Shown here: positions 62,283-64,000 of the stretch, in pieces | Layout of the letters: each line of letters opens with the position of its first letter | How positions within the stretch are numbered: the stretch's first letter is position 1 | DNA from: Callorhinchus milii | Lineage: Eukaryota | NCBI RefSeq assembly: GCF_018977255.1 | Contig: NW_024704762.1 | Span: forward strand, 3,906,001-3,970,000 | Reading direction: 5' to 3' | Length of the DNA: 64,000 nucleotides | Made by a program: the position numbers and the translations under genes | The notes under the pieces: model-generated | Database searches by the model: none | What the model was told of the DNA's origin: nothing | Seen by the model: only the letters and a program-made list of their open reading frames with translations

Positions 62283-63699
62283 ACGTCCTAACATTTTTAA
62301 ATCCCGGAGAATGGTCCTCAAATTCAGTCTCGGTTTGGAAGCCATTTTGATCTAAAAAAAAAGAAATGCGGAAAACCTGGTTTTCCGAAACCGGAGCGGG
62401 GATTAAGAATTGTGATCCGGCTTCACCCGGTTTAAATTTTAAGGCAAAAATGGCTCAAACTGGCTCAGGAATAGGTGGAATTTGGGGCTTTAAATGAGCA
62501 AACCATACACCTTCCTACTCCCCCCCCATATCATCGTACTTAAATAAATAAATATTTAAATAATTATTTAAATAGGGGGTAATAATCTTTTCAAAAAAAA
62601 TAATTTGGTCGCTTTAATCCACGACTGTTTTTGGGGACACTGCTGTGCGCAATTGGCTGCCGCGTTTCGCCCACGAATATACAGTCATTACATTTACAGT
62701 ATATTCTGTGAAGCGCTTTGAGACGTCTCAATGACGTGATAAGGCGCTATATCACATGGAAGGATTATTATTATTATATTATTTCACAGTCTCTAGGGGC
62801 TGTTGCTGCCTCCTGGTCTCGGCACATTTTAGAGGTGCTTTTGATGAGATGGTCTAACCGGTGAGGACTGGTTGGTCCCAGCGCTTTGGGAAGTCCTCCT
62901 CACGTGAAAGGCGCTACGCAAACGTAATTTTGCGTCGTATTCTCCCGCGTACATCACAGGGGAACGCTTTTACTGTCCTGGAAAAGGAGGACTCTCGCTC
63001 GCTCTGTTTGGGGTTTAAATCTTGACGGAAGAGGGGAATTCTAGAGGAGGAATGGCTCACAGTAGAAAGTTTCCAAATTTCTCAGTTAGAAAATAATATC
63101 TCAGGAGACGAGACACGACATGTCAAGCGACTGCCAAGATGGTGGAAGGCGAACTGGATGGATCTTGGCCTTTCTTTCGTCCAGCAAATTCTTGTGTGTT
63201 TATGTATGGCATTTGTATGGCACTGATGAGTGGGTGGGACATACTTTTTTTGGTCAGCCAGATGTCCTGAGACAGGAGGAAACTCATCACCATGCTAAGG
63301 GTATTCAAACCAAACTGAGTGTGCCATGACTATATGGATATGACACGTGGAGAAACATATAAAGCCATAGTGATAAGATAAAAATATGTGTGAAACTCAA
63401 AGATGGGCGAGAGAACTGTGAGATAGACGGATAGATGTAATAATAATAATAATTATTATAATGCTTGTATTTGATAGAGCGGCTTATACCATCATTGAGA
63501 CATCTCAAAGTGTTTTGCAAGGTTTACAGTCGTGTCTTAAGCGCTCTGAGACGCTGCCTTATTGGGAGGGCGCTGTATAAGTGCAAAGTTGTTGTATTTT
63601 GTCGGTGAAAGAGACTCGTAAACACACGCACACAAACTAGATACGACAGAGGAATCAAGTGAGAGAACCATAATTAGGAGAAGGCCGAAAGCAGTTTGA

Positions 63700-64000
63700 T
63701 TTAAATAAGACACAATTGAAGTGTTTTTTTAAAAAGTTTATTACAAATGTTGAGTGTATCAAACAGACCTTTTCATTGACCATTTTAAAACAGCACGGTT
63801 ACAAAATGTCAATACTTTCTCCGGGTTAACGTGGCTGTCGAGCTTTGGTCTCGGGAGACAAACAATAAAACCAGTCTTACGTAAACGGTTACAAAAAAAA
63901 GTGAGAGGATACAGCAGAGAGTGGTGTTTAAATACAGGCAATGTTTTTGTATATCATTATGTTGTCACCCCTGAATAGCCCAAACTGTGAAACCACATCG
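63700..64000 (-). other. Probable 3' UTR end and poly(A) site of the next minus-strand gene
   Basis: Repeat-free AT-rich sequence; AATAAA at 63737-63742 followed by a GU-rich element at 63703-63717. Confidence 0.4.

Overview
Vertebrate genomic DNA with three N-gaps. The repeat content (tRNA-headed Deu-type SINEs, CR1 and L2 fragments) suggests a cartilaginous fish, possibly a chimaera; that is an inference. The window holds a head-to-tail tandem array of six papain-family (C1A) cathepsin L/S/K-type genes, all on the minus strand. Each has the standard seven-coding-exon layout with GT-AG junctions that I traced by hand. Gene A (529-5922) runs off the left edge. Three recent near-identical copies, B1/B2/B3, come from an ~8-10 kb triplication. 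Genes C and D are older paralogs. Main observations: (i) the few amino-acid differences among B1-B3 fall almost entirely on the S2 specificity pocket; (ii) C and D replace the near-invariant Trp177 of KNSWG with Tyr or Phe; (iii) B1 and B3 each carry one single-base frameshift; (iv) the 5' flank has a tRNA-Gly-derived element lacking its anticodon arm, next to a CTCF motif; (v) gene D has a solo LTR in intron 1 and MiT/PU.1-type promoter motifs. The right edge probably holds the 3' end of the next minus-strand gene.
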